Positions 1 through 12,113 of a stretch of DNA of 64,000 nt are shown here, one piece after another. The notes under the pieces are model-generated. The model had not been told where the DNA came from. It searched no databases and was given only the letters and a program-made list of their open reading frames with translations. A program made the translations under genes and the position numbers. Position 1 is the stretch's first letter, and each line of letters opens with the position of its first letter. The stretch lies in the NCBI GenBank assembly GCA_030704615.1, contig CM060731.1:19220001-19284000 (forward strand). The letters run 5' to 3'. The DNA is from Takakia lepidozioides. Lineage: Eukaryota; Plantae; Bryophyta.

Positions 1-989
1 ACAATGCCATTACTGAAGGTCCTTGTAAGACTGAAGTAAATTCAGAAAGCACGGTCGAAATTAGATTGGAGAAATTGTACAAAACATTGTCATTTAATTG
101 GTCATGACGTGGGGTAGGAGATGGGTTCTCAGTCAAGAAAGTGTTGCCATCAAACAACATGAAGTTTTTTCCATGTAGAGACGACTTTGTCACGTGTCAC
201 TGGACATGAACAGCAAGGGCATGCAGGGTACATTAGAGCACGGAGCGGCAGGGAGGGAGAGAGAGCGAGCGGCATGGAGGGCAAACATGGGAGGCCCGCA
301 GTTGGTGCAACCTTCGCATCTGAAGCAAGTGAGAAACGCTAGGGTATGAGGAGGTGTCGGCTGAAAGCTCGCCGTATGGCCTCCTGATATTTAAGGGGTT
401 GTGGTCTGGCCCCCAACAGATCTACACTTGCTGTTAAACTATCAAACTATTTATGGCACACCAAAGCTACCACTGATGCACAATATTACAAATACTCAAA
501 TTTGAATACGCCCAATATATGGGTCCACCAACACAAACACATTTTCTGGCCACTTTGCTCACACACCCATCGGGTGCGTGACACCTGCCCCCACCTTCTC
601 AGCCAATGTACCCACCATGTCATCCACAAACTACTCCCAATGTGTTTTTCCAGCTCACCATGCACCTGCCCCTCCATGCTGTGCCGGCCTGACATCTTGT
701 TTGTCCAAGGCTTACCCATCAATGCCCCTCGTCCACTACTCCATCCCCCAACCTCACCATTTACTTCATTGAATTTACATACTGCCACGATTGTTACCCC
801 GCTTCCTCCACCTTAGACAAAAAGGCAGAAATATGCACCGCTTAGCCTTGCAATTCGTCAACGAGGTTGGAACACCAGCCCACTATCTATCATCACGGCC
901 GGAATTAGAGGTGACACTCATAACGCCAGTATATCACCACACTACACAAAAACTTTCATATCCCTATCCCCCTATCCACAAATGCTTAA

Positions 990-1793
990 CCCCTAACGGA
1001 CGACGCGACCCGATTCGGGTCGCGTCAGTTTACTTGCCACGCTCCAATTCCCATGGATGATATTGGATGGAAGTGAACCTTGAAGATGAATTGTACATGT
1101 CAGAGAGGAGCACATGTGGGAATTTACAATGCCAAAAAATCGTAAAAGCTCTGCTCACTAGAATTTTACAAAGTGCCAGGGTTTCATGAAATCCAGTGTT
1201 AGAGCACCATTGACATGCCTACGTGGCAGCCCAATGGGCAATCTTCAAGATAACATCTAGGGCTGAAAATTTATCATAATGCCAAATTTTTTGGACAAGA
1301 CACCATGAAATATTACCGTGCACTTACTTACCAGAGGAATTGGAAAACGAATGTCACCTCATGGGTGTACTTGTGAAAAAAGCCAAAACAAGATTTTTTA
1401 CCCCCCAGATTTCACATACAAAGCAACCCCCCCATATTTTTGGCATTTTGGTCTGAGATTCTGGGAGATGACCTGTTGGTTGCCCCTTATCCGGATTCTG
1501 GAGACCATTTCTTCAAGAAATAATGTAAAATCACCAAACTTGCATGGTCAAAGCAAATTTACCTCTCTTTTTTTGTTCATGGTTTCAACTTGTTCAATTT
1601 TCTTTTGTTAAAATCTACTAAATGGAACGGTAAAAAATGCTACAATTTTTTGAGGACCTTCATGTAGTAGGTAGGGATGAAATGGAATGGTTCATCCAGC
1701 TGGATGTAATGGGGTAGGAAGTTACAGCTCAGCAATGGAGGGTATGGCCCACTTTTTGGGAAAACTCCCAAAAATTAGCTTGTCATTTAGGGG
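990..1793. mobile_element. Non-autonomous piggyBac-like DNA transposon (804 bp)
   Basis: TTAA at 986-989 and 1794-1797. Left end CCCCTAACGGACGA vs reverse complement of right end CCCCTAAATGACAA (11/14). Subterminal palindromes at 1002-1026 and ~1753-1774. No transposase ORF. Confidence 0.7.
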
Positions 1794-2239
1794 TTAAAGG
1801 TAATTCACCTCACGGCGCTTCGTTCCCTCACAGCTATTATTCACAATAAGCGGCAACTTGAATCCAACCCCTCTTTGGTACCCTAGATACCTCTGTCCCG
1901 TGGGCTACTCGGTGGGCGTTTACACACCTGATTTCCTTATAGGGCCCACCCCCGAAAGGAGGTAGTAGCTTGAGACGAAGTGGCTCTTAGTTACACCGGT
2001 TTCGGCCGGAGTCCTCTCTCTCTCACCTCTCTCACTCACCATATTGGTGTGTGTAACCAAGGTCAGTACAAATGTAAACCACCCTGTAGCTGGTAACCCA
2101 ACACTTAATAAGCTGCTATTACCCTTAAATGCCTCATTTCATGCATATATATGCCTTGAAGTCTTGTCACACGAGGCACTTTAGTCAATGGAAAAGTGAG
2201 AATCTTCGACGAAATTGAATAATAACATAAACAATAGTG

Positions 2240-3135
2240 TATTTCGTCTGGCCTTGTCCCCTACTGACTTTCTAGCACCATCTAAGGGTATTCGAGTGTT
2301 AGGTGTTCCTTTTGGTACTATCCCTTACACAACATCAATCTTCCAAGACACTTTACTGCATGATACCAGTCATATAAAGCTTCTTCCCAAACTAGGGGAT
2401 ATGTAGGTAGCCCATGACAATCTCACCAAATGCTTTTTACATCGACTTTCATATCTCTTGCGTTGTTTCCCTCTCAGTCCCAAGGCCTTAGTTGCTCCAG
2501 CCTTGGCATCTCGGTTTTTGTGTCAACAACGTCCTTTCCTCATGGATGTGGTTGCCCAAATCGACTATGGCTCTTTGCCCTTCCAATAATATTTTCATTC
2601 AGCGTCGGATCTCCTCCCGATACAAGATGACTTGTCTGCCACCTTTCGCACAGTTGGTCAATCAAGGCTTGGAGCACTTACAGGATACCCTCATGGAACG
2701 CGTGCACCGACACTCCTTTTCCAGCATGCTTTCTGATGCTCCTTCGAATACACATCGGGCCAGATTTCTCTCTTCCGCTGGGCTCGGAGCAGCCTTGTGG
2801 CTCATTGTACGACCAACCATTGTACCTTTCCGTACGTCATATGTTGTATATACCACCTCCGTTCGAGTTAGACTTGGCCTTCCGCATCCCTCTGCATTAT
2901 GACTACAACGATGTGTTTGTCGCCATCCTACCGACTCATTCGGCACGATACATCTTCTTCGTTCCCTTACGATGGAGAACGCACTGCAACTCATGACAGT
3001 GTTTGATGCCGGGGTTTATGTCATTCTAGAGTAGATGCACGTACTCCCGTTCCACGATCACCATTCCAGTCGACGGCGGGTTAACATTGTCCTCTCTCAC
3101 AACGGGCTGCGTACATTGGCAGACGTTGCAAGACG
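2240..3135 (+). mobile_element. Degenerate 3' part of an RLE-type (CRE-like) non-LTR retrotransposon
   Basis: Broken frames give the RT thumb GIRVLGVPFG, then RARFLSSAGLGAALWL..RLGLP, a CxC..D..G..H knuckle remnant, and RRVNIVLSHNGLRTLADV resembling the RLE PD..D motif. Stops and frameshifts present. Confidence 0.7.
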
Positions 3136-3230
3136 ACTGTTCCAGGTAGACGACGACTGTTCCACGTAGAATGGTCTAGAGGGTGGGTAACGTGTTACGT
3201 CTTGGAATGTTGCAGACTTGTAGGGAGCTG

Positions 3231-3234
<4 letters not shown>

Positions 3235-3263
<29 letters not shown>
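3235..3263 (+). repeat. (CT)n microsatellite at the 5' end of pTAC12
   Basis: About 14 CT units seen directly. Confidence 0.95.
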
Positions 3264-3265
<2 letters not shown>

Positions 3266-3350
3266 GTTTGCAGCAGTGCGCAGGCTTCTTCGCAGTGCAG
3301 CTGGGGGCAGCACATCGAGGCCCTCTCTGTGGCCCCTGACAGCGACCACA

Positions 3351-6300
3351 ATGGGTGTCACTGTAATCTCTCCCGGGTCGCTTCAAGGTAGTATTCTTTT
3401 TCTCATGACCTGTGATTTCCCAGAAAAAAATGCGTGTTGTCATGTCTGCAGAGAGAAGTTGCCGATATTCCATCCTTGCGTATTTTTCTCTGGGAGGAAG
3501 TTAGGAGTATCGTGTTTGGGTTCGGGCATTGGGTTGTCTTCTTCTGTTATATGAAAATGTCACAAATTCTCTGGGGCTTGTTATTTATGTCAGTAGTAAG
3601 GGGGTTATGATGATGGGCAGGTGTCGCATTACCTAGGAGCATGGCTTCAGTGCAGGGGTGCAGCTTGTCGAAGTGTGTGGTTAAAATCAGGGTGAGCGTG
3701 TAGCCACTTACCACCGTTGTGCTGTGCGTCTCGTTGTTTACATGGAGCTTTTCTGTCAGCCTTATTGCAGTTCTCGCTGCAAATTTGCTGTGTCGGTGTC
3801 CGCTGTGTGCCAGTTCCCTGTGTCAAAGTCCTTTGCTGCTCCATATTTGCAGTCCACTTCAGGTCATGGTGATCTATCTACAGGCCTCAAATTTCTCGAT
3901 GGGTTGCATATGGAGACTGCTGGAAGAAAATACTCCTGGAGGGTTTTGCTTCCCTGTTTCACACACTTTTTTTAAATGGCTGTCATGCGCAGTAGGGTTT
4001 AGGGTTTAGGGTTTAAGGTGCACCTGCAAACTACTTCGACTAGCAAGGATACTTTGACAAGAGATGCTTACATGTTGCTATATTGTCACAGAAAAGTGAA
4101 GGGGACGAGAGGATTAGACAACTTCTATTTTGGGGCAAAGCAAGGCAAGTCCGGTGCAGGAGGATCAGACAATGTGGCAGAGTGCGATGTGGGGATGATG
4201 ATTCCATCGATGAGGAATTTGATGCACCACCATACTACAGCTATATTGATCCTAACTCAGGTGAACCTGTCCCCGCCCGGGGTGCTCGAACTCCATTTCC
4301 TGACATGGCTTTTGGGGGTGATGATATGGCCCGCATCAACAGAGCCGCCCAAGCTTCAGATCCTGAGGACATTCCTAGGAAGGTTGTCAGTCCATCAACT
4401 CGAAGTCGAAAGTACACGTCTAAGAGAAGAAGATCAAAAGAAACTCCAGGGACTGCACCTCCCAGCTTGCAAATTGAACAAGAAGTAGGAGTAGATGAAG
4501 AAGAGGTAGGGGCAACCACGGAGACTGAAAAGAGGGCGAGTCGTAATTCTTCTGGGGGTGGCGATGAAGAATCAGATGTTGAGGCTGACACCGACAATGA
4601 TCCTGCTGTACATAATGATGGTAACAAGGGGAGAAAAAAGGACAAAAGCCAAGTGGGAGCTTCGGAAGATGTCCAAGGGCTTGTCTTGACAAAGAAAGAC
4701 AGTAAGATCGCTACTAATTCGGAGCGACCACTTTTAAATGAGGAGTTGTGGTGGAATTGGCGAAAGCCACCTGCTGACAAGGAGCCATGGAGTGCATGGC
4801 ATAAGCGGACAGGAGACTCTGACACTGTGAGCTTTTCATACATACTTATTGCAATGATGTGTTCATTCTGCAGTTGTGATGCATCGTCCCTTTCTTCTTA
4901 TCCAGATAGGCCGATAGTTTGCCACTCTGCACAGTGGGGTGTGATGACTGTTGTAGTGGGTCATGACTAGTCGCTTCCTATCTATAAGATGCCTCGTGCT
5001 TGATTGGGCATAATAGGTGATGGCAGCGGCAATGGCTGAGACAGGTCAAATCAAGCTATTTGGTGACAAGCCAACCATTGCAGAAGCCACTCTAGCTCGC
5101 GCACGCAAGCATGTGTTTTACGATGAGCGGTAGGCTGCTGTGTTCCTGAACAAACTTTATCCTACCTTTTTGTCAAGGTTGGATTCCCCCCTTGTCTGAT
5201 GTTTGCCAATATTTGGTTTCTGCTGTTCTGTTACTGAAAAAAAATTTAAGTTTTCCCGTAGTAGCCAAACATCAGCCAACTTGACTAGCACAACACATTC
5301 ACAATTGTGATATGGGCTTGTCATTTTATCCTGTTTCCAGGTGGCAACACTTGCATCCAATAAATTGTGTCAAATAGTTCCTATGATTAAGAGTATGACT
5401 TTCATATGACTTTCACACTTCACTACTCCAAGAATGAAGTGTACAATGAAGTGTACAACTCCTTGCAGCATTACTTGTGCATCTTTTTGTCTTCCAATGC
5501 AGGTAGGAGTTGCACAGTTCGTTACTCAAGGCATGAATGGCGCAACTCCTTGTAGCAGTGTTTGTGCACATTTTAGTCTTTCAACTAAGCCCGGTGGCAG
5601 GTGTTTGAAAGGGTTGGTGCTGTTCAAAGCATGCATGTAATCAGGGTAATGGAATGGTTGTGTTGGACTCAGGCACTGCATGAGGGTTGGGGCTTGGCTT
5701 CTTTGCATATGTCGTCCTAGAGTTGATGCTTACTTTGAGACTTCAAAAAACCGCCTTGTATGTGGGAAGCCATTGAACAAGCCTCAGAACATCTCATAAT
5801 GTGCATGTGGAAGCAAAGCAACAGCTGCCCTTGGTAAAATGCCCTCTGGCTTCTACAATCATGGGGTTGTATACTTTGGGTACAGTTAACTTTCGAGTGG
5901 TGGATTCCTTGACTTTCTGCCCCATGCCACTTTTACTGGCATGTGAAGTGGGAGTGCTAGGAAAGGTCCCATGGGGGAAATGCTGGGGTTGTCCCTTTCT
6001 CTTCAGCTGCATGATTGGAGGGTACCGGTCTGCAATGATGAGTGCAGAATGCGAGCAGAGGAGAAACGTAAGAAAGAGATTGGACCACTGGCCTACTACA
6101 AAGAATGGGTCAAGGCATGGCCCCATGACACCTCCAAGGAAGCTATACAAAAACACTTTGAAAAGACAGGAGAGACTGAGATAGATCAGCTGCTCAACAT
6201 GTTCTCATGCCAAACAAGTGCTGAGTATCGGCATATGATGGGCACTGACATTCGCATTCGCCGTGACCCTCTCACGATGCGCATGCGTCCAGACCAAGTG

Positions 6301-9300
6301 AAGCAAGGTCAGGTCCTTCACCTGTTTTCCTTTTCTGTATCCCCTCCGCACTGCTTAGAACATGCACTGTTTGCATCAGCTGCTGTTTTTGCCTCAGCTG
6401 AGAGATATATTGTACTCATAAGACGTTGTTTGCCGTAGCCATGTGGCCATTGACCCTGCGCCCAGTTTGAACGGGAACAAAAGGGACAGAACCTACCTCT
6501 GTCAGGGGCTGACGTTGGTAGTAAGACTTACCTCCATATATAGAATTAATCCGGGTTTTCCAGATATCCTCTAGAAATCCCTTCACACAAGCATCAATCT
6601 GCTGTGTGTGATTTGCCCAAAAACTAGGCCTCAGGAGGGCCTGGGCTTTTGGCTCAGCCTCGAGACTTTCAAAGTTGGTAAACAGGGGTACAGGCACAAT
6701 TCCCTTAATAGATTTGAAGAGAGCGTCTCTTTGGTGAGAGAACCCCGGACAGTGTATCAGAAAATGAATACTGTCTTCAGATTGCCCACACAACGGGCAA
6801 TTGCACTCTCCCTTTCCTCTCTGCTTCTGTTTGCTGTTCAAAGGTAGGCTTCCTGCCCTGAGTTTAAATTTCAGTCTAGTGCCGAGAGTGGGTAGACCCT
6901 TGAGGTCATCCAAGATGTCCTCCCCCATGTCACAGACTGGAAACAAGTTCAGGGAAGTTTTCTGCCTAACTTCATTTTCATCAGACAATCTCATGGCAAC
7001 AGACATGGCTGAGGACACTACAGCCTCTAAGTCAGATTTATCCAGCAGGGTCAAGACTTGCGGATCCAGGTCCAGGTCCTTGAGGATCTCTTCTACTCTC
7101 TTCTGCCAGGACTTAGCCTGTTTGACAGGGCGGTCCTGTTTCCAAGATATAGAGTCGATTAACTTAGGATATCTGGTGTTGGGCATATGTTGCAGCTGAC
7201 CCCACCATCTGACCTTGAATTCATCTCGTCAGGAGCTTAAGGACGGAATGCCAAACTCACCCCGAACAGCCACATTGGCTGTTTTGGAGCATGCTGACAT
7301 ACACTCCTTAAGCACCCCCACTTGAATGGATTCTAGAGACTTAGCCTGGTTGGAGTTGTCACATCAGCTGAGAGATATAGACAGTATGGTACAGCTTGCA
7401 GTGTAAGAGATGCAGATCTTAATTCAAACAAGTGTCCTCGGTCCTGACTGCTCTAAGCAGCTAATGACGTGTTGTAGGTTTTCCATGAGCTGTTATCTCT
7501 TCCCCTTCTCACATTAACAGTAGGCTGCTGTTGGAGGAAGTCCTATTTCAGCAACTTCAGTTCCTAAAGCCAGTTGTTTCCCGACAGTAGGTTGGTTACT
7601 AATTAGCAGTCATTGTCTCCATCCCATCTGTCATTTCTCCTAGGTCCGGAGTTGGACATTGTCCTTTCCTCTGAGACTCATCCACCAAAGGCATCTAAGC
7701 TCCATCTTTGGAAATTTTAATATAAATTCCAGAGTAGATCCTTGTGTAATGCCAGCATGAAGAATTGGCAGGTAAGACTGAAATCAATTGAGAAGGAAGT
7801 GCAGAACATCCAGATAGGGTCTGTACAATCATCAGATGGCTTGCATTTCAAAAATCAACTTGATGGTAGATCCAACCAAGTTTATCATGCGTGAAGTTTG
7901 AGATTTCAGTGGGCTCAAGCTAGAGGATGAACTGTCTTGTGCACTGCATATGTGATTGGAAAAGAAGACATGAGAAGGATGGTCATTATCTAGAGGTCTG
8001 ATGAGATGCTGATTTGTGCAGTCTGGGGAGGAGACCCAGTGTATCCAACAATCAATTATGTGCAAGATCCAAATTGTACTGTGGACTATCGAGGAGCCAA
8101 TTTTCATGAGCCTACACCTGACATTGTTGACATGTTACGACAAGTGAGTACATCAGCTGTGCACTGGCTTGCCTCGTTGTCGTTTGACTGGTTCTAAGCT
8201 GTACTTATCAGTGGAGATTATGTTACAGTGGGTAGAGTTGATGATTCATTTCCACTGGAATTACTTGACCACATAGCAATGGTGCAAGCTACTAGGCTCC
8301 CAAGGTATTAGCATGTTGGTTTCTGAAAGCTGAGTTGTAACCTTGTCTGTGGAACAGCAGCACAGCAGATTAGCAGGCATACTTTGCATGCATGTTCTTG
8401 TCGTAGTGTAGATGCACTGCAAGGTTGCTTGCATATGTTGCAGCCAACAGGACTGCAATAAATGAAGGAAAGCACATCAAAATTTATGGGTTGGAGGCCT
8501 CACCAAGGTTGCCCATACTTGTTTCCTTCGTTGATTGACTGGATACCTCTTGCAGCTTTTGAAGAGTTGTACATCATGCTTATCTGGTCAGTTGGTCTCT
8601 TGGAGATTTATGGGCTAAAGATGGGGACTGGTGGCATGCAGTCGGGCCGCCTTATAACACAAGAAGAAATTCAGCGGCAGCAGGCTCTGGAAAAAGCTCA
8701 GGAACTCGAGGTCTCTATCTTGGCTTGCTGTTTGTAGTGAACTTAGAGCCCCACCTGTTTAGGTTGTGCGTTGATCTGCTCCCAGGAAAATCTCTCTCTC
8801 TCTCTCTCCCTCCCTCTCGCTATCTCTCTCTGGCTCTCGCTGGGTCTGCGGAGGGATCAACTATGACGTTAAAAGGACCATGCCTTGCAACATTATTAGC
8901 CCTGCCTTGGAGTACACATCTGCTGTGTGGGTCGATTAAGTCTACCCATGCCAAATCTCTAGAATCCATTCAGGTTGCGGTGCTCAAAGAGAGCTTTTCT
9001 TCATGCTCTGGAACAGCTAACATGGCTGTTCGTGGCGAGTTTGGCCGAACTCCCTTAAGCACTTGACGTGATGAGTTCAAGGTCAGATGGTGGGGTCAGA
9101 CGAATCACATGTCTAATACCAGATACCCTAAAATAGTCGACTCTATTTCTTGGAAGCAAGACCTTTCTGTTAAACAGGCCAAGTCCTGGCGGAAAAGGGT
9201 AGAAGAGATTTTCAAGTATCTGAATATTAGCCCAGAAGAATTGACTGTGCTAGATGAAGCTGACCTGGAGGTTGCAGTGTCTATTGCCATGTCAGATGCC

Positions 9301-10596
9301 GGAAGACTGTCCGATGGAAATTAGGCAGAAAACTTCCCTGAACTTGTTTCCAGTCTGTGGCATGGCAAAATGATGACATCAAGGGCCTACCTTACCCTCA
9401 GCACTAGACTGAATTTTAAAGTCAGGCCAGGAAGCTTACCTTTGACCAATAAACGGATGCAGACAGGCAGAGGGGATTTTAATTGCCCAATGTGCGGGCA
9501 GCCTGAAGACAATATCCACTTTCTGATACAGTGTCCCGGATGTTCTCACCAGAGAGTGACCCTCTTCAGGAACATCAAGGACATTGTCCCCGCCGCACCT
9601 TCACCAACTTTGAAAATGTTGAGGCTGAGCCTAAAATCCTGGCCCTGTTGGGGTCTAGTTGCTGGGCAGCTCACACATAGTTGATACTTGTGTGAAGGAC
9701 TTTCTAGAGGATATGTGGAAAACCTGAAGTAATTGTCTCTATGATGGTATCAACTAGTCGGATTGCAATTTGGAACGGATTGCAAACATTTATGTAAATG
9801 TAGTGCAGGTGTTGCTTTCAGTTCCCAAAGTGCAGTGACTAGACAGGAGTTAAGGAAATGCAAAATTCATGCTGGGTGGGGATGGCTGGTGCAGAATGGT
9901 GGGCATGATGATGGAATGACAGATGCAGTCGACATTGGCGACAAAGATGTATTCCTCACTTCCTGATTGCTTATCAACATCCTTGAATTTTAGTTCTGTT
10001 TTGCCATGACCGATTGAGGTTACTATGGTGTGTATAGCTGTCATGACATTCTAGTGTCATCCTTGTTCATTTCATAAAAATTGTGCTCGACTAGTTGGAC
10101 TGTGCATCTGCCAGGGTAGTGGCCCAGTGACAAGCTGCTATTGAGTTTTACATGAAAGCCAGAGTTCTGAACTACAAATCTGAGGGATGAGCATAGGTGA
10201 ACTGCAGGAAGTGGGTACCTTTAGTTGAGGACTGACAGGCACCATGCATTTACATGTGTGCCAAGCATCAGCTCTGATAAAGGTCTGACTATCTTGATAC
10301 GGTTTCTGAACTTCTCTGGCATGTGTAGAGTGCATGTTGTAGGCAGTTGTATGTGTTGTGCTAAGCACCAGCATATTGTATGTCAGGATGAGGAGGATGA
10401 TGAGGAAGATGAGGATGAGGATGACGACAATGAGGACAAAAACGACCAATGGAAAGCTGGCATTGTTGCCAAGCAGCAGCTGCCCACCTCCACTGCCAAA
10501 CAAGCTGACGCAAGTCCTCTTTTGCACAGTCTTGACCTAACAGATGATGTTGAGGTGGAGGAACCTGACAGCGGTCCAGTTGGTCAGGAAGAGTAA
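3351..10596 (+). CDS. PTAC12: pTAC12/HEMERA/PAP5. Exons ~3351-3387, 3862-3922, 4092-4826, 5017-5129, 6048-6307, 8022-8143, 8642-8710, 9895-9948, 10387-10596
   Basis: Phase-compatible GT-AG exons encode PPYYSYIDPNSGEPVPARGAR, WWNWRKP..EPWSAW, AMAETGQIKLFG, YYKEWVKAW, MMGTDIRIRRDPLTMRM, WGGDPVYPTINYVQDP, AVDIG and an acidic tail. The first two exons are less certain. Confidence 0.92.
3993..4016 (+). promoter_or_regulatory. Interstitial telomeric repeat / telo-box cluster (TAGGGTT x3) in pTAC12 intron 2
   Basis: gtagggtttagggtttagggtttaagg. Single telo-boxes also occur near 11595 and 23461. Confidence 0.6.
6410..7363 (-). mobile_element. 5'-truncated LINE (RTEX-like) with 16-bp TSD in pTAC12 intron 5
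   Basis: TSD tcagctgagagatata at 6394-6409 and 7364-7379. Frame encodes AVRGEFG..KVRWWGQL..MPNTRYPK and the C-terminal CCHC CPLCGQSEDSIHFLIHCP. One in-frame TGA. Confidence 0.9.
8840..9755 (+). mobile_element. Degenerate second copy of the same LINE family in pTAC12 intron 7
   Basis: Same peptides (SPALEYTSAVW, AVRGEFG, MSNTRYPK, CPMCGQPEDNIHFLIQCP) with frameshifts. 47/60 identity to copy 1 in one sampled block. Preceded by a CT-rich tract. Confidence 0.88.
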
Positions 10597-12113
10597 GGTA
10601 GTCAACATTATTTGTAAAGGGTTTTAAGTTACAGGATGCTGATGTATCCACTTTAGAATGAGACAAGTAAAATCTGCAAGAAGGCATGGGTGTGGTACAA
10701 GGCTCATGTTGCAAAATTTAAATCTGTCAACAGGTTTATACGCATTTCTAGTTGCAAATGACCTGTGTGTAATCTCACCTCTTAGTGTTAGTGTGCTCTG
10801 CAGGAAAGAGCTGCCCCATGATTTCTGCTTGTTTGAAGTGAACTCATGGTAATTGTGTTGGCAGAAGAGGTCTTACAAACAGGGATTGTTGTAGGCAATC
10901 TTAGGTTCCTCCATGATGTTGAGATGTAGGTCATTCTCAAGAGTACACCCTGACTAATTCTCAAGTAACCTAGACTGTGTGACATTGCACTAGATACTTC
11001 TATGCACATGCAAAACGAGGTATTGTCAAAGACAAAAGATTAGCCTGTGGTGAATTTTCTGCCTGGAAGATCTGTCGACATGTGGTGCTGTGCTATAAAT
11101 CCTCAAGTGAAATCAGACAAGGAAGTATGTGGATTGCTTTGGGTCCAACTGGAAATCTTCTTGAAAGACCAAGGCCCTTGTAGGTGTCGGGACTGGGAAC
11201 CTTGGATCCTGCGCAGCAAGTTGCACCACTTGTCCACAGGAAATAGGTGTGGTCCTACAGTATTAAATCAGAGAGTAGCTTCATAGAGATCAGGTGCTGC
11301 ATCATCTAGGTAGCCTAATGGCTTCAATGTGATTCTGAAGCTGGATAACAAGAAGTTCAGATGAAAACTCACAGCTCTAAGTAACCTTTGCACAGTGAAC
11401 AACAGTTGTGTATCTCCCAGTTATAGTTGCCAAACCATCTCGATTATATCTTCCAATTCTCAATTTCATACCTCAGCAATGATGAGAGTTTTATTGTTGG
11501 TTTGATGTTAGTCGACAAGCACGCGCCTCTGGCGTGACTAGTAGCGTGTTCTGCGAAGGGACTCAAGTTTGATCTGACTTTTTCACTTTAAGGGGTTTAG
11601 GGTTCACCAAGATTTGAAACTATAGTAACTGGGCCTTCTGGGACCCACATCTCTGTTCTCATTGATGGAAGACTTTCGGGTGAGCCGGATCTGGCTACAC
11701 GTTTTACAACCCTACAGACTAGGAGCAGAAAGAAAGAAGAGAAATTAGCAGGGAATGACCCGACCCACAATATCTACAGTAACACAAAGAATAACAAATC
11801 TTTGTGACTCTTGCAAAGCAAGGTGCTTGCGGCGAAGAAGAGGGTAGCCTCAGTCAAGCAATTGCCTTGACTACGCTGCCGGGCTTGTGTTCTTTCTTCT
11901 TCTTCTTCTTCCTCTCTCACTCCTGTTCTGTGTTTGTATTCGTTTTGCACTTGTGCTGCTCTCCGTCTGCTCTCCATCTCTTCATCCTTTATTATCTTGT
12001 GGGTTTGTCTTGTGGGTCTGCCTGCTTGGCCAGAATTCGGACCCCCTGTGTGGTACCTTGCAACGGAAACACGTGCTCCAGGAGTAGTGTGGAGTGACAA
12101 AGGAGGGGGCAGA

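Noticed and set aside
1-985. TE-like low-complexity region with short ORFs
   Set aside because: No definable ends or protein motifs within the window.
1990-2040. Hammerhead ribozyme (GGCCGAAACCGG on the minus strand)
   Set aside because: No CUGANGA core upstream of the GAAA.
11520-11580. tRNA or SINE head
   Set aside because: A and B boxes are too degenerate and there is no cloverleaf.
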